Shown here: positions 9,589 to 19,024 of the stretch, piece by piece
Position numbering within the stretch: position 1 is the first letter of the stretch
How the letters are laid out: each line of letters opens with the position of its first letter
Translations under genes and position numbers: made by a program
IMG/VR virus record: IMGVR_UViG_3300009702_000028
Location: 1-60,775 of that record
Length of the DNA: 60,775 nt
Strand: one strand, 5' to 3'
Source: a virus
Taxonomy: Duplodnaviria; Caudoviricetes
Notes under the pieces: model-generated
Seen by the model: the letters and a program-made list of their open reading frames with translations, nothing else
The model's database searches: none
What the model was told of the DNA's origin: nothing

Positions 9589-9612
9589 GGGGGGATAATG
9601 GTGTCCCCCCTT
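9589..9612 (+). terminator. GC-rich hairpin, possible terminator
   Basis: GGGGGGA-N8-TCCCCCC with only a short T tail. Confidence 0.4.
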
Positions 9613-9628
9613 ACATGGAGGGAAGAGG

Positions 9629-9856
9629 ATGTCTGGCCCTCGCAAGTTTGTGCATTCGCATAAAGGGGTTGATCATTGGAGCTGCAAGCTCACTGAAGAG
9701 GATGTCAGGTTAATTAGGGCACTCTATTTAGAGCGTAAAAAGCGGTTGGCTTATGCAGATGAGCTAACGATGGGAAAGATTGCAGTGAAGTTCGGGGTCG
9801 CAGAAGGCACTGTTCGAGATGTAATTCTGTATGAGACTTGGAAGCATGTTGAATGA
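9629..9856 (+). CDS. stand-alone HTH protein similar to HNH endonuclease C-terminal domains
   Basis: KLTEEDVRLIR...IAVKFGVAEGTVRDVI..ETWKHV. Confidence 0.65.
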   Translation: MSGPRKFVHSHKGVDHWSCKLTEEDVRLIRALYLERKKRLAYADELTMGKIAVKFGVAEGTVRDVILYETWKHVE

Positions 9857-10467
9857 ATACTGCCGCTGATCTGATTTCCTTTATGGGGGATAACGTAAGC
9901 TTTGAAGGGTCCAGCATTAAGGTGGTGGAAGATTCTGAAAAACTTCCACCGAAGGCATATCACACCAGTAAGAGGCAGGATTACGAAACCCCACCCGAGT
10001 TGATTGCGTTTATTCATAAGGTGATGGGGTATGAAATTGTCGTAGATGTATGTGCGACAAAAGAGACTCGGAAGGTGTTGGAGTACCTGGGTCCAGATCA
10101 TGAGAATCTAGAGTTGCGCGATGCTCTGGTTCTTCCGTGGCATAAGGCATGTTTTTTTGGTGCCAATGCTTGGCTTTGGATGAATCCACCCTACAAGCAG
10201 ATTGATAAGTGGGTACATAAGGCGGTGATTGAATTGGAGATGGGTGCGAGGATTATTATGCTCTTGCCTGCTAGGACTGATCGTCCTTGGTTTCATGCAT
10301 TGTGTTCCCTCAATCCCACTATCTATTTTTTCAGGCATCGTTTGACCTTCGAAGGCGAGAAGAATCAAGCTCCGTTCCCAAGCATCCTTGTGGTTATGCA
10401 CCCTGAAGAGGGGGTAGGTAAGTTTGGTTTCATTAGTTTGAAGGGCCAATCTTACGGAGAGTTTTGA
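9853..10467 (+). CDS. phage DNA N6-adenine methyltransferase (Dam-like)
   Basis: YETPPE; VDVCA; WMNPPY; LLPARTDRPWF; RLTFEG...APFPS. Confidence 0.9.
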   Translation: MNTAADLISFMGDNVSFEGSSIKVVEDSEKLPPKAYHTSKRQDYETPPELIAFIHKVMGYEIVVDVCATKETRKVLEYLGPDHENLELRDALVLPWHKACFFGANAWLWMNPPYKQIDKWVHKAVIELEMGARIIMLLPARTDRPWFHALCSLNPTIYFFRHRLTFEGEKNQAPFPSILVVMHPEEGVGKFGFISLKGQSYGEF

Positions 10468-10541
10468 TGTTCTCGATCATGTCTCCAGTGATATGAAGGC
10501 TGAAAGAGTAGGTTTGATTCATATGTTTAAGGAGATATGGA

Positions 10542-10760
10542 GTGAACGAGAAAGATGAAGATGTTAAGAAGGTAATCGGTGCGTTCGTCGAGGCAGTAGG
10601 ACATAATCCAGAGACGTTCATTAAAGCTATGAAAGCTGATGGTGACATAGAGGTTTTAAGGGATATCTTTGAGCGTAAGCATTCAGATTGGGAAGAGCTG
10701 GATACTTTCAAGACAGAGAATTGGGAGTATTCCCTGATGAGGAGACACCGTGGAGACTAA
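10542..10760 (+). CDS. hypothetical protein
   Basis: GGAG RBS and operon-like packing. Confidence 0.55.
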   Translation: MNEKDEDVKKVIGAFVEAVGHNPETFIKAMKADGDIEVLRDIFERKHSDWEELDTFKTENWEYSLMRRHRGD

Positions 10761-11346
10761 GCAGGTATCGACAGATCAGATAAAGCCTTACCCACATAAT
10801 CCACGTATTATTACGGAGGAGGCCATTACTCAGGTAGCAAATAGCATCCGAGAGTTTGGTTGGCGTCAGCCCATCGTAAAAGATAAGAATATGGTGGTGA
10901 TTGCAGGACATACTAGGTTAGAGGCAGCTAAAGTATTGGGACTAGCAACAGTACCTGTTCATGTTGCAGATCTTTCAGAGCATAGAGTCCGGGCATATCG
11001 CTTAGCAGATAACAAAACTGCTGAAACTACTGATTGGGAAGAGGATCTTTTGGTTCAAGAGATTGAGGCGTTGATGGATGCGCAGGAGATTGATCTGGCC
11101 GGATTAGGTTTTGTTGAGGATGAGATCAATAGTTTAGTTGAGGATATTTATACTCCTTCTATACCAGCTACTATGACTATCTCAAATTCTGCTACTGGGA
11201 CGTCTGATGTAAATAGTTCTGATATAGAAAAGACTAAGGAAAAATTGGAGACTCAGTATGCAGAAGGATCTAAACAAGATCTCATCGACTTTACCTGCCC
11301 ACATTGTGGGGAAACGTACTCTGTTAACAAAACGATACTCTCTTAG
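10750..11346 (+). CDS. ParB/Srx-domain protein
   Basis: IKPYPHNPR...SIREFGWRQPIV...VIAGHTRLEAA...YRLADNK; C-terminal CPHC. Confidence 0.88.
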   Translation: METKQVSTDQIKPYPHNPRIITEEAITQVANSIREFGWRQPIVKDKNMVVIAGHTRLEAAKVLGLATVPVHVADLSEHRVRAYRLADNKTAETTDWEEDLLVQEIEALMDAQEIDLAGLGFVEDEINSLVEDIYTPSIPATMTISNSATGTSDVNSSDIEKTKEKLETQYAEGSKQDLIDFTCPHCGETYSVNKTILS

Positions 11347-12139
11347 TGAACTAGCGGACTCTATCAAGGCTAATACTTGGACGTTCGCCAAAACGATGCC
11401 ACACATCCCTCATGAATATGCGGTGAGGAAAAAGTGGATTGAGGTCCATGGTATTACCTTCACCAAGTTTGTAAAGCATATCCGTCAGTATGGAAATCTG
11501 TTGAAGTGGGGGAAGCATCCCCCCAAGCCTTATTGGAATCTTAATGGCTATAAATATTGGTGTCTGTTTGCTAGTGATGAAGAGACTACGATTATCAACC
11601 GGGCTGAGGTTGAAGACGAGCATCCATATGACTTCGTAGCAGACGATTACGATACCTTTTTTAATACTCCGGAAGCTCAGGTTGAGAATGATCGAGTAAT
11701 GAAAGCCATTGGCTATAAGGATGGGGAAGTTCTAGATATAGGGTGCGGGACTGGGCTATTCCTTGATTACAATCCTATCAATACTTATTTGGGGATTGAT
11801 CCTAGCCGAAGGATGTTGGAGAAATTAAAAGAACATCACAATTATGCAGAGTTTATCTGCACTCCTTTTGAATCATTCGGTACTAGTAAGAAGTTCGATA
11901 TCATCGTGTGCCTATTTGGGTCTCTGAACTATATTGACTTAGGATATATTCAGAGGATACCTAGACTTTTAGTCCCAGGTGGGCAATACCATGTAATGGT
12001 GGCATCAGAGGACTATATACCTATTACTCATAAAAAATTTGGTATAGAAGTTGAGTTCTATCATCATCCTGTGGATGTCTTACCGGGGACAATAGAGCAG
12101 GTAACGGAGTATTACTATCTCATTAGTGGAAAATCATGA
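11258..12139 (+). CDS. class I SAM-dependent methyltransferase with an extra N-terminal domain (start uncertain)
   Basis: VLDIGCGTG, GIDPS..ML, FDIIVCLFG; N-terminal WTFAKTMPHIPHEY...YKYW...IINRA domain. Confidence 0.8.
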   Translation: MQKDLNKISSTLPAHIVGKRTLLTKRYSLSELADSIKANTWTFAKTMPHIPHEYAVRKKWIEVHGITFTKFVKHIRQYGNLLKWGKHPPKPYWNLNGYKYWCLFASDEETTIINRAEVEDEHPYDFVADDYDTFFNTPEAQVENDRVMKAIGYKDGEVLDIGCGTGLFLDYNPINTYLGIDPSRRMLEKLKEHHNYAEFICTPFESFGTSKKFDIIVCLFGSLNYIDLGYIQRIPRLLVPGGQYHVMVASEDYIPITHKKFGIEVEFYHHPVDVLPGTIEQVTEYYYLISGKS

Positions 12140-12681
12140 GCACGACTATGCAGGTATGCGACATCATGAAGCTACCTAATGATGCAGCGGTAGGATGTGA
12201 TATGACGTTCACCGATCCTCCGTGGGAACAGGGTTTAGTTAAGATGTTCGAGACCCTAATGTTCAAGGCAGGTTATGAGCGTCCAGGAAATAATATAGAT
12301 GATCTGTTACATCGTCTATTCATCCTGGCTCCAGATGGGTATCCATGTTTCGTAGACTATTCGGTGAAGGGAGCACAGCGAGTAGCTAGAATTGGGAGAG
12401 AGCACGGTTTTGAGCTTTCTGGTGTGGTTCTGTTGGAGCAGGCTAATAGTAAACCTTATGCTTCGATCCAGTTTAATACCGATTTTTCTAATGAGGGAGA
12501 TCTGTCGGGATGGGGCCTGATTCGTGCTGTGCTTAGGTATCACAAGCCCAATAAGGTATTCGAACCGTTCGCTGGACTTGGTGTATTAGCAAGGCAGTGC
12601 ATAGCTCTGGGAATAGATGTCGTTGCGTCGGAGATGAATCCGAAGCGAGCAGAGAGAGCCTTTAAGGCGTTGAAGCTATGA
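12136..12681 (+). CDS. compact DNA-methyltransferase-like protein (motif IV before motif I)
   Basis: FTDPPW near the N-terminus and VFEPFAGLG...ASEMNP.R near the C-terminus. Confidence 0.7.
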   Translation: MSTTMQVCDIMKLPNDAAVGCDMTFTDPPWEQGLVKMFETLMFKAGYERPGNNIDDLLHRLFILAPDGYPCFVDYSVKGAQRVARIGREHGFELSGVVLLEQANSKPYASIQFNTDFSNEGDLSGWGLIRAVLRYHKPNKVFEPFAGLGVLARQCIALGIDVVASEMNPKRAERAFKALKL

Positions 12682-13799
12682 AGTTCTATCTCAAAGAGAA
12701 TGTATTGGAAGCTGCTCTAAGACGTATTCGATGGTTATTTGATGAGTTCGAACATATTGTAGTGGATTTTTCAGGAGGGAAGTATTCCACTGTAGTGATG
12801 AACCTTGCTTTACAGGTGGCGGAAGAGAAAAACCGGTTACCCCTATCGGTAATGTTCTTAGATCAAGAGGCCGAATGGCAGTCTGTTATTGATTATGTGC
12901 GGAGGGCCATGAAGGACCCACGAATTGATTCAATGTGGCATCAGTGTCCACTACGTATCTCCAATGGTACCTCTAAGGAAGACCCATGGTTATATTGCTG
13001 GAAGGATGGCGATGAATGGATGAGAGAGAAGGAGCCCGACACAATTCACGAGAACCCTTATGGTACGCTTACTTTAGGCGATATTTTCGGGGGTCATCTC
13101 AAATACCACTGGCCTACGGAGCCTGCTATTAGGCTTGCTGGAGTGCGTTGTGACGAATCTCCTGCTCGGTACAATGGATTAACGGCATACGAGACTTACA
13201 AGGGTGAGACGTGGGGGAAGGTAAGGAATAAAAAGATAGGGCATTACGATATGTACCCTCTGTATGACTGGTCAACCTCAGACATTTGGAAGGCAATACA
13301 TTCTTACGGATGGCCTTACTGTAGTATCTATGATTCGATGTATCAATATGGGGTACCGTTATTACACATGCGGGTATCGAATCTACATCATGAAACTGCT
13401 ATTCATTCTTTGCACTATCTTCAGGAAATAGAATCCGAGACTTGGGAGAGGTTAACACAGAGGTTGAAGGGTATTAATACGGCGAAGCATCTAGAAGGAA
13501 CTATTAATAAGCTTCCGCCATTACCTCCGATGTTTAAGGATTGGCAGGAATATAGAGATTTCCTACTAGACAAGTTGATTACGGACTCGAAACAGATAGA
13601 ATATTTTAAGAGAAAGTTCGCTTATCAGGATGATACTTATTACCCTGAAATACATGAACAGCTATGGAAGATGCATGTTTCTAGCTTACTAGTAAATGAT
13701 TATCATGGAGTAAAGATGTCTAGTTTTTCTGCATCGCATGGGCGATATAGTAAGAACAAGGGATCAAAAGGAGGATATGTTGGCGCAGCAACCTCATGA
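12678..13799 (+). CDS. PAPS-reductase-family (IbrA/YbdN-like) PP-loop protein
   Basis: FSGGK(Y)ST, FLDQEAEW, GVRCDES..R, YPLYDWSTSDIW, MRVSNLHHE. Confidence 0.88.
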   Translation: MKFYLKENVLEAALRRIRWLFDEFEHIVVDFSGGKYSTVVMNLALQVAEEKNRLPLSVMFLDQEAEWQSVIDYVRRAMKDPRIDSMWHQCPLRISNGTSKEDPWLYCWKDGDEWMREKEPDTIHENPYGTLTLGDIFGGHLKYHWPTEPAIRLAGVRCDESPARYNGLTAYETYKGETWGKVRNKKIGHYDMYPLYDWSTSDIWKAIHSYGWPYCSIYDSMYQYGVPLLHMRVSNLHHETAIHSLHYLQEIESETWERLTQRLKGINTAKHLEGTINKLPPLPPMFKDWQEYRDFLLDKLITDSKQIEYFKRKFAYQDDTYYPEIHEQLWKMHVSSLLVNDYHGVKMSSFSASHGRYSKNKGSKGGYVGAATS

Positions 13800-14349
13800 G
13801 AATCATCCCGTTAGTCATATGAAGTGGGTATCAGTAGATGAAGTTAAGGCAAACTACTATAACCCTAATGCAGTAGCTAAACAGGAGATGAAACTCCTGT
13901 ATCACTCCATTAAACATGACGGATATACCCAGCCCATTGTGACAGTATGGGATCCTACGGAGAAGAAATACATTATCGTAGACGGATTTCATCGGTACTT
14001 CACTTGTAAGTCTAATTCAGATATCTATGAGAGTACGGGAGGAAAAGTACCAATAGTAGTGATTGATAAGGATATCAATGACAGAATGGCTTCAACCATA
14101 AGACACAATCGAGCCCGAGGAAAACATTCGATTAAAGGTATGTCGAATATGGTATTAGAGATGCTAGAGAATGGGTGGGAGGATGAATCGATTTGCAATG
14201 AGCTAGGGATGGAGCCAGAAGAATTACTAAGGCTCAAACATATTACCGGATTCAGTAAGCTATTCGAAGATGTTGAATACAAGAAGTCATGGATGGCACG
14301 GCGTCAGATTCGAATAAAAAAAGCTTATGAAAAGTCTCAAATGTCTTGA
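13777..14349 (+). CDS. IbrB/YbdM-like ParB-domain protein
   Basis: YNPNAVA..EMKLLYHSIKHDGYTQPIV...IVDGFHRY...RMASTIRHNRARGKH; GGAGG RBS before ATG 13777. Confidence 0.88.
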   Translation: MLAQQPHENHPVSHMKWVSVDEVKANYYNPNAVAKQEMKLLYHSIKHDGYTQPIVTVWDPTEKKYIIVDGFHRYFTCKSNSDIYESTGGKVPIVVIDKDINDRMASTIRHNRARGKHSIKGMSNMVLEMLENGWEDESICNELGMEPEELLRLKHITGFSKLFEDVEYKKSWMARRQIRIKKAYEKSQMS

Positions 14350-14375
14350 CAAAACTATGAATATCGATGTAGGTT
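14346..14375 (+). promoter_or_regulatory. TTGACAAAACT promoter-like element upstream of the terminase genes
   Basis: Motif overlaps the ibrB-like stop codon. Confidence 0.6.
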
Positions 14376-14381
14376 TTTTAT

Positions 14382-15056
14382 ATGGGCGTTAAGATTCATA
14401 AGAAGAAACCTGAGCGTAAGCAGCCTAATGAAAAAGAGCTGGGGTACCCAATTAAACGTGATTGGAGAGCCCTTAAGCATGAATTCATTGACCGCAATTT
14501 AGATGGTGAGGTGATGACCTTACAGGACTTTGCGTCTGAGAAGGGGTTAAGACTTGGGACTTTAAGGAATCATTCGGCTCAGGAGAATTGGATACCAGAG
14601 CTTGAAGAGAAACTAGATAGAAAGAATACGAATGAACTCGTGGAGGTCAAGGAAGCTCATAAGAGGGCTATAACTAGACTGCGAGCGATGGCTATCAATG
14701 AGGAAGTATCTGTTCGTGCCCGTCATGCATCCTTTGGAAGAAAGCTTCAGACTCAGGCATATAGCAAGTTTAATAGTCTGACTGAGAAAGATATTGGGAA
14801 GATGCACATTCGAGACGTATTAGCGATGATGCGTCTTGGGATTGATATGGAGAAGAACGCTTTGGGGCTACTTGATAGGATTGCTCAAGGGCACCCCTTA
14901 ACCAACCCGCAGGAAGAGATGGCGCGCCAGACAGGGATCATCCAGGTCGATCAAGTCGATCATATTCTAGCAGATGTTCTAGATACCCTATGGCGAGGAG
15001 ATGTAGTTGAGACGACCCACCACGTCATTGAGGCTGAATCCGAAACAGTTAGCTGA
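14382..15056 (+). CDS. probable terminase small subunit
   Basis: DW..LK.EF...TLQDFASEKGL..GTLRNHSAQENW HTH, directly upstream of the large subunit. Confidence 0.65.
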   Translation: MGVKIHKKKPERKQPNEKELGYPIKRDWRALKHEFIDRNLDGEVMTLQDFASEKGLRLGTLRNHSAQENWIPELEEKLDRKNTNELVEVKEAHKRAITRLRAMAINEEVSVRARHASFGRKLQTQAYSKFNSLTEKDIGKMHIRDVLAMMRLGIDMEKNALGLLDRIAQGHPLTNPQEEMARQTGIIQVDQVDHILADVLDTLWRGDVVETTHHVIEAESETVS

Positions 15057-17751
15057 GCTTACAGCGGCCAAGCTATCCCAGTGGGACGTAAGCGAATTTC
15101 AAAAGCCATTCGTGTTAGAACGAATGCGGGAAAAGGTCGTAGGACGGCCTCACAAGTTAAGAGAGATTCCCGTAGAGATCGATGTTTTTATCGAGTCCAA
15201 GCAATATATGGATCGAAAGGAGACGATCTATCCCACTGTAATGCCTTATCTGAAAGAGATAAATACAGACGGAAAGTATGATGAGGCTGTTCTCACTGGA
15301 GGGATAGGAGCAGCTAAAGCACTTGCACTTGATACTCCAGTACCTACACCGTTTGGTTGGACAACTCTAGGAGAGGTTCGTGACGGTGATTGGATTTATG
15401 GTGAAACCGGGAAACCTGTTCGTGTCTTAAAGGCTCATCCAGTTTTATTCGGTGAATCTTGTTATCTAGTAGAAATGAATACTGGAGAGACGTTTACAGC
15501 TTCTGGGGACCATCTTTGGTATGTGCATACTAAAGGGGACAGAGCTAATTATGGTGGGCGTCATGGACGGGTTAGGGCAACGACAGATCTAAACGTAAAA
15601 GATGCCAACGCAATACGTATAGCAGGGCCGTTGCAAGGCCAGTATGTAAGCAGTCTAGGTATCGATCCCTATACATTAGGGGTCTGGTTAGGGGACGGCA
15701 GTAATGATTCAGCAAGAGTTTGTATCAGTGATGGGGTGTCTAAAACGTTACGTAAGTTGGGGTTGTTAGATAACAAGCATATTCCCAGAATATTGTTTAG
15801 GGCATCTATAACACAGAGAATAGCCTTATTACAGGGGCTTATGGATTCTGATGGGGCATGTGATTACCGCACAGGTCGATGTTCGTTTACTAACGTCAAT
15901 AAACAGTTGGCTGAGGACGTTTTAGAATTAGTGAGGGGGCTAGGGTGGCGACCTTCGATTAAGAAATTAGACGCTAGACTAAATACTCAATTTATATGTA
16001 ACGGGTGGAAGATCTCGTGGATTACTCGTTATGAATTTCCTGTATTCCGGTTATTTCATAAGTTATCACGTCAAGGGATTAGGGCTAAGAGGAGAAAAAC
16101 TAGTCACTCTATGTGGCACATAATCAAGCGGATTACTCCTGTAATATCAGTTCCGGTGAGGTGTTTGACGGTAGATAATCCCACATCGTTATATTTGGTG
16201 GGGGAGACTCTTGTACCGACTCACAATACAACTATTGCGCTCTATTCGACTGCTTATCAGCTTTATCGTCTAAGCCTCTATAACAACCCTCACGCAGAGT
16301 TCAACCTTGATCAAGCTTCGGAGATTGTCTTCATATTTCAATCCCTCAATGCAACTGCGGCGAAGCAAGTAGATTTCACTCGATTTCGGGAGATGATAGA
16401 ACAATCTCCATATTTCAAAAACAGGTTTCCTCCGGATAAGAACATCATGAGCAAGCTTGTATTTTCTAATCGAATTGAGGTTCAACCTGTTAGTGGATCT
16501 GAAACTGCTGCTATTGGTCAGAACGTTATTGGAGGAGTAATTGACGAGCTGAACTATATGGCAGTAATCGAGAACAGTTCAAAATCTATGGATAAGGGGA
16601 TCTATGACCAAGCGGTTGAGCTGTATAACTCCATTGCACGTCGGCGTAAATCTCGATTTATGATGCGGGGAAATCTACCAGGACTACTTTGTTTGGTGTC
16701 GTCTAAAAGGTATCCAGGACAGTTTACTGATATGAAGGAGGAGGAGGCGAGAACAGATCCCAAGATATTTATCTATGACAAGCGTACTTGGGATATCAGG
16801 CCAGAAGCATATGGGGGGCAGACGTTTCCAGTATTTATTGGGGATGATGCTAGACGACCCAGACTACTTCAGCAGGGTGAAAGGATTCACGCTAAAGATC
16901 GTGAACTGGTAATGCAGATCCCGATTGAACATAAGATTGAGTTTGAGAAGGATATTATTAATGCGTTACGTGAAGTGGCGGGGGTTTCAACATTGGCGAA
17001 GTCTCCCTATATCGTAATGACAGATAAGATCGGGGAGGGGATGCGAGGGGGGAATGTATTCACGGCCGAGTTTGCAGATTTTGAACGGTATAAATTGGGG
17101 ATCTCAAAGGGATGGGCTAATCCTGATGCTCTTAGGTTTGCTCATGTGGACCTTGGAGTCACTTCTGATAATGCGGGTATAGCTATTGGACATGTGAGTG
17201 GTTTTAAGAAGATTCAGAGGACTGAGGGGCATTATGAGGTAATGCCGGAGATTACTATTGACGGGTGCTTGGCAGTACCTCCACCTCCGAGTGGAGAGAT
17301 CAATTTCGAGAAGGTACGTGATATTTTTTATATCATTCGAGACCAGCTTGAGATCCCACTGAAATGGATTACGTATGACTCTTTTCAGTCGGTAGATTCT
17401 CTTCAATTGTTACGAAGTAGAGGGTTTGTAACAGGTACTCAATCTATGGATAAAACTCGCTATGCTTATGATTTGATGAAGGGAGCACTCTATCAAGATA
17501 GACTAATACTGCCTTATCATGAGAAACTGCGACGTGAATTAGCTAGCTTAGAGGATGACCCTGAAACTGGAAAAGTAGATCATCCACCCCATGGATCGAA
17601 GGATATAGCTGATGCTATTGCTGGGGTAGTATACGGGCTCACTATGAGAAGAGAGATTTGGACTGCTTGGGGAGTGAGCCCAGAATTGATACCTTCGTGG
17701 TTACGGGATTTAGGGCAGGCTGATAAGAGACTAGATGAGGTGACAGCGTGA
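15007..17751 (+). CDS. terL: terminase large subunit containing an intein
   Basis: Walker A LTGGIGAAK|TT split by the intein; Walker B GVIDE; nuclease HVDLG...TYDSFQS...DHPPHGSKDIADA. Confidence 0.9.
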   Translation: MRRPTTSLRLNPKQLAELTAAKLSQWDVSEFQKPFVLERMREKVVGRPHKLREIPVEIDVFIESKQYMDRKETIYPTVMPYLKEINTDGKYDEAVLTGGIGAAKALALDTPVPTPFGWTTLGEVRDGDWIYGETGKPVRVLKAHPVLFGESCYLVEMNTGETFTASGDHLWYVHTKGDRANYGGRHGRVRATTDLNVKDANAIRIAGPLQGQYVSSLGIDPYTLGVWLGDGSNDSARVCISDGVSKTLRKLGLLDNKHIPRILFRASITQRIALLQGLMDSDGACDYRTGRCSFTNVNKQLAEDVLELVRGLGWRPSIKKLDARLNTQFICNGWKISWITRYEFPVFRLFHKLSRQGIRAKRRKTSHSMWHIIKRITPVISVPVRCLTVDNPTSLYLVGETLVPTHNTTIALYSTAYQLYRLSLYNNPHAEFNLDQASEIVFIFQSLNATAAKQVDFTRFREMIEQSPYFKNRFPPDKNIMSKLVFSNRIEVQPVSGSETAAIGQNVIGGVIDELNYMAVIENSSKSMDKGIYDQAVELYNSIARRRKSRFMMRGNLPGLLCLVSSKRYPGQFTDMKEEEARTDPKIFIYDKRTWDIRPEAYGGQTFPVFIGDDARRPRLLQQGERIHAKDRELVMQIPIEHKIEFEKDIINALREVAGVSTLAKSPYIVMTDKIGEGMRGGNVFTAEFADFERYKLGISKGWANPDALRFAHVDLGVTSDNAGIAIGHVSGFKKIQRTEGHYEVMPEITIDGCLAVPPPPSGEINFEKVRDIFYIIRDQLEIPLKWITYDSFQSVDSLQLLRSRGFVTGTQSMDKTRYAYDLMKGALYQDRLILPYHEKLRRELASLEDDPETGKVDHPPHGSKDIADAIAGVVYGLTMRREIWTAWGVSPELIPSWLRDLGQADKRLDEVTA
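15319..16227 (+). mobile_element. class 3 (Ala1, WCT) intein with LAGLIDADG endonuclease, 303 aa
   Basis: Starts ALALDTPVPTP; block B ASGDHLW; block F VRCLTVD; ends PTHN followed by Thr; LAGLIDADG motifs LGVWLGDG and LQGLMDSDG. Confidence 0.92.
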
Positions 17752-17763
17752 ACGGAGTGCCGC

Positions 17764-18252
17764 ATGTTGGATTTGTCCACTACGCATCGGACGATCTCAA
17801 CTGTCAGGGCGTTGTCTAAGCCCAAAATAGGGGATGTCTTCAAATATGGGACTCGACACCTGGTTATCATTCAGGTTGTCAATGATGTGGTTACTATTGC
17901 ATTCTTCGATAAGACCATCATTTCGTCTCCGTATGAGGCTAGTAGCTTCAAGACAATGAGCTTGCACGCTTTGGAATCCAAGTTTATGGATCCCGATGGT
18001 AGCGGTAAGTCGATGCTTAATCTGATTTCTAGAGGTTTCGTCGATATAGACGAAGATTGGCTATGTGCCGGGTGTCCTGTGGGGCAGATGAAAGTGCGAC
18101 GGATGGTGGAGGAAACTCAAACCAAAACATCAGGTTGGTTAAAGAAGAATCTCCCTGTGCCGATCTTGAATAGGCCCGCTAGTGATCGAGAAGAGATCTC
18201 TACTCTAGATGATCTTAATTCGATGATTTTTGGTGACGTGGACGATAAATAA
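17764..18252 (+). CDS. hypothetical protein
   Basis: ORF with GGAG RBS. Confidence 0.6.
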   Translation: MLDLSTTHRTISTVRALSKPKIGDVFKYGTRHLVIIQVVNDVVTIAFFDKTIISSPYEASSFKTMSLHALESKFMDPDGSGKSMLNLISRGFVDIDEDWLCAGCPVGQMKVRRMVEETQTKTSGWLKKNLPVPILNRPASDREEISTLDDLNSMIFGDVDDK

Positions 18253-18488
18253 TGTACAAGGTACTTATCTATGATCGAGAGACAGGGGAGATCAAGAAGT
18301 CAGTCCAGGGTGACGGTACGCTTCAAGATGCGTGGGATTACGTGGATATATGGCACTTCAAGTATGACGGTATAGTCTATGATCATAACTTCATCGAGCA
18401 GTCACGCCCGAATGTGGTAGCTCCAGTGGAGGATGAGGCTGTGGATTTGGACGATTGGTTGAGTGCTATCTTGCACACTGTGTGCTAA
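18252..18488 (+). CDS. hypothetical protein
   Basis: TAATG coupling to the upstream ORF. Confidence 0.6.
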   Translation: MYKVLIYDRETGEIKKSVQGDGTLQDAWDYVDIWHFKYDGIVYDHNFIEQSRPNVVAPVEDEAVDLDDWLSAILHTVC

Positions 18489-18499
18489 TTCACATTCAG

Positions 18500-18549
18500 T
18501 GCAACTAGTTGCAAAAAGACTTTACAAAACTAGTGTAGTGGCCGATACT
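18500..18549 (+). promoter_or_regulatory. palindrome (18500-18513) plus promoter TTTACAAAACT (18521) and GATACT
   Basis: Same geometry as the 8490 element. Confidence 0.7.
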
Positions 18550-18581
18550 TACTATATTGAAGCAGCACATCAAACGGAGTG

Positions 18582-18719
18582 ATGAAGATGAAACGCAACG
18601 TAAGCAATCCTGACACGCTCATCAACGATTTTACGGATACGATGGAGTCTCTTGGATTCTCTATCCGTCGAGTTCGGTGCCCCAAGGGAAATATCAAAGC
18701 CACATACATCACGCTGTAA
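18582..18719 (+). CDS. small hypothetical protein (45 aa, not in the ORF track)
   Basis: MKMKRNVSNPDTLINDFTDTMESLGF...; GGAG RBS right after the promoter. Confidence 0.5.
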   Translation: MKMKRNVSNPDTLINDFTDTMESLGFSIRRVRCPKGNIKATYITL

Positions 18720-18733
18720 ATGGAGTGAGCAGA

Positions 18734-19024
18734 ATGATTGATTACGAACGGGCAGAGTTGTTTTTAGTCCTTAGTCGTATTCTGGGTGAAATCGGGTACG
18801 TAGGCTCAGAGTGGGTGAGTGCAATCTGTGATTCTTATAAATTGGAGTCAGGGATTCAATGGTTTTATATTCCAGAGTACGGTTACGTCGGTATGGATGC
18901 GGAGGGTAATCTTCGGCTTCCAAATGATCATGTTGAAATGGAAGAGTTCGATGATTACATGGCGAAGCGTACTGCTCACGCTGGAGATCAGCTCAGGAGG
19001 ACTAAGCGTGATTCAGTGGTTTAA
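18734..19024 (+). CDS. hypothetical protein
   Basis: GGAG RBS before ATG 18734. Confidence 0.55.
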   Translation: MIDYERAELFLVLSRILGEIGYVGSEWVSAICDSYKLESGIQWFYIPEYGYVGMDAEGNLRLPNDHVEMEEFDDYMAKRTAHAGDQLRRTKRDSVV

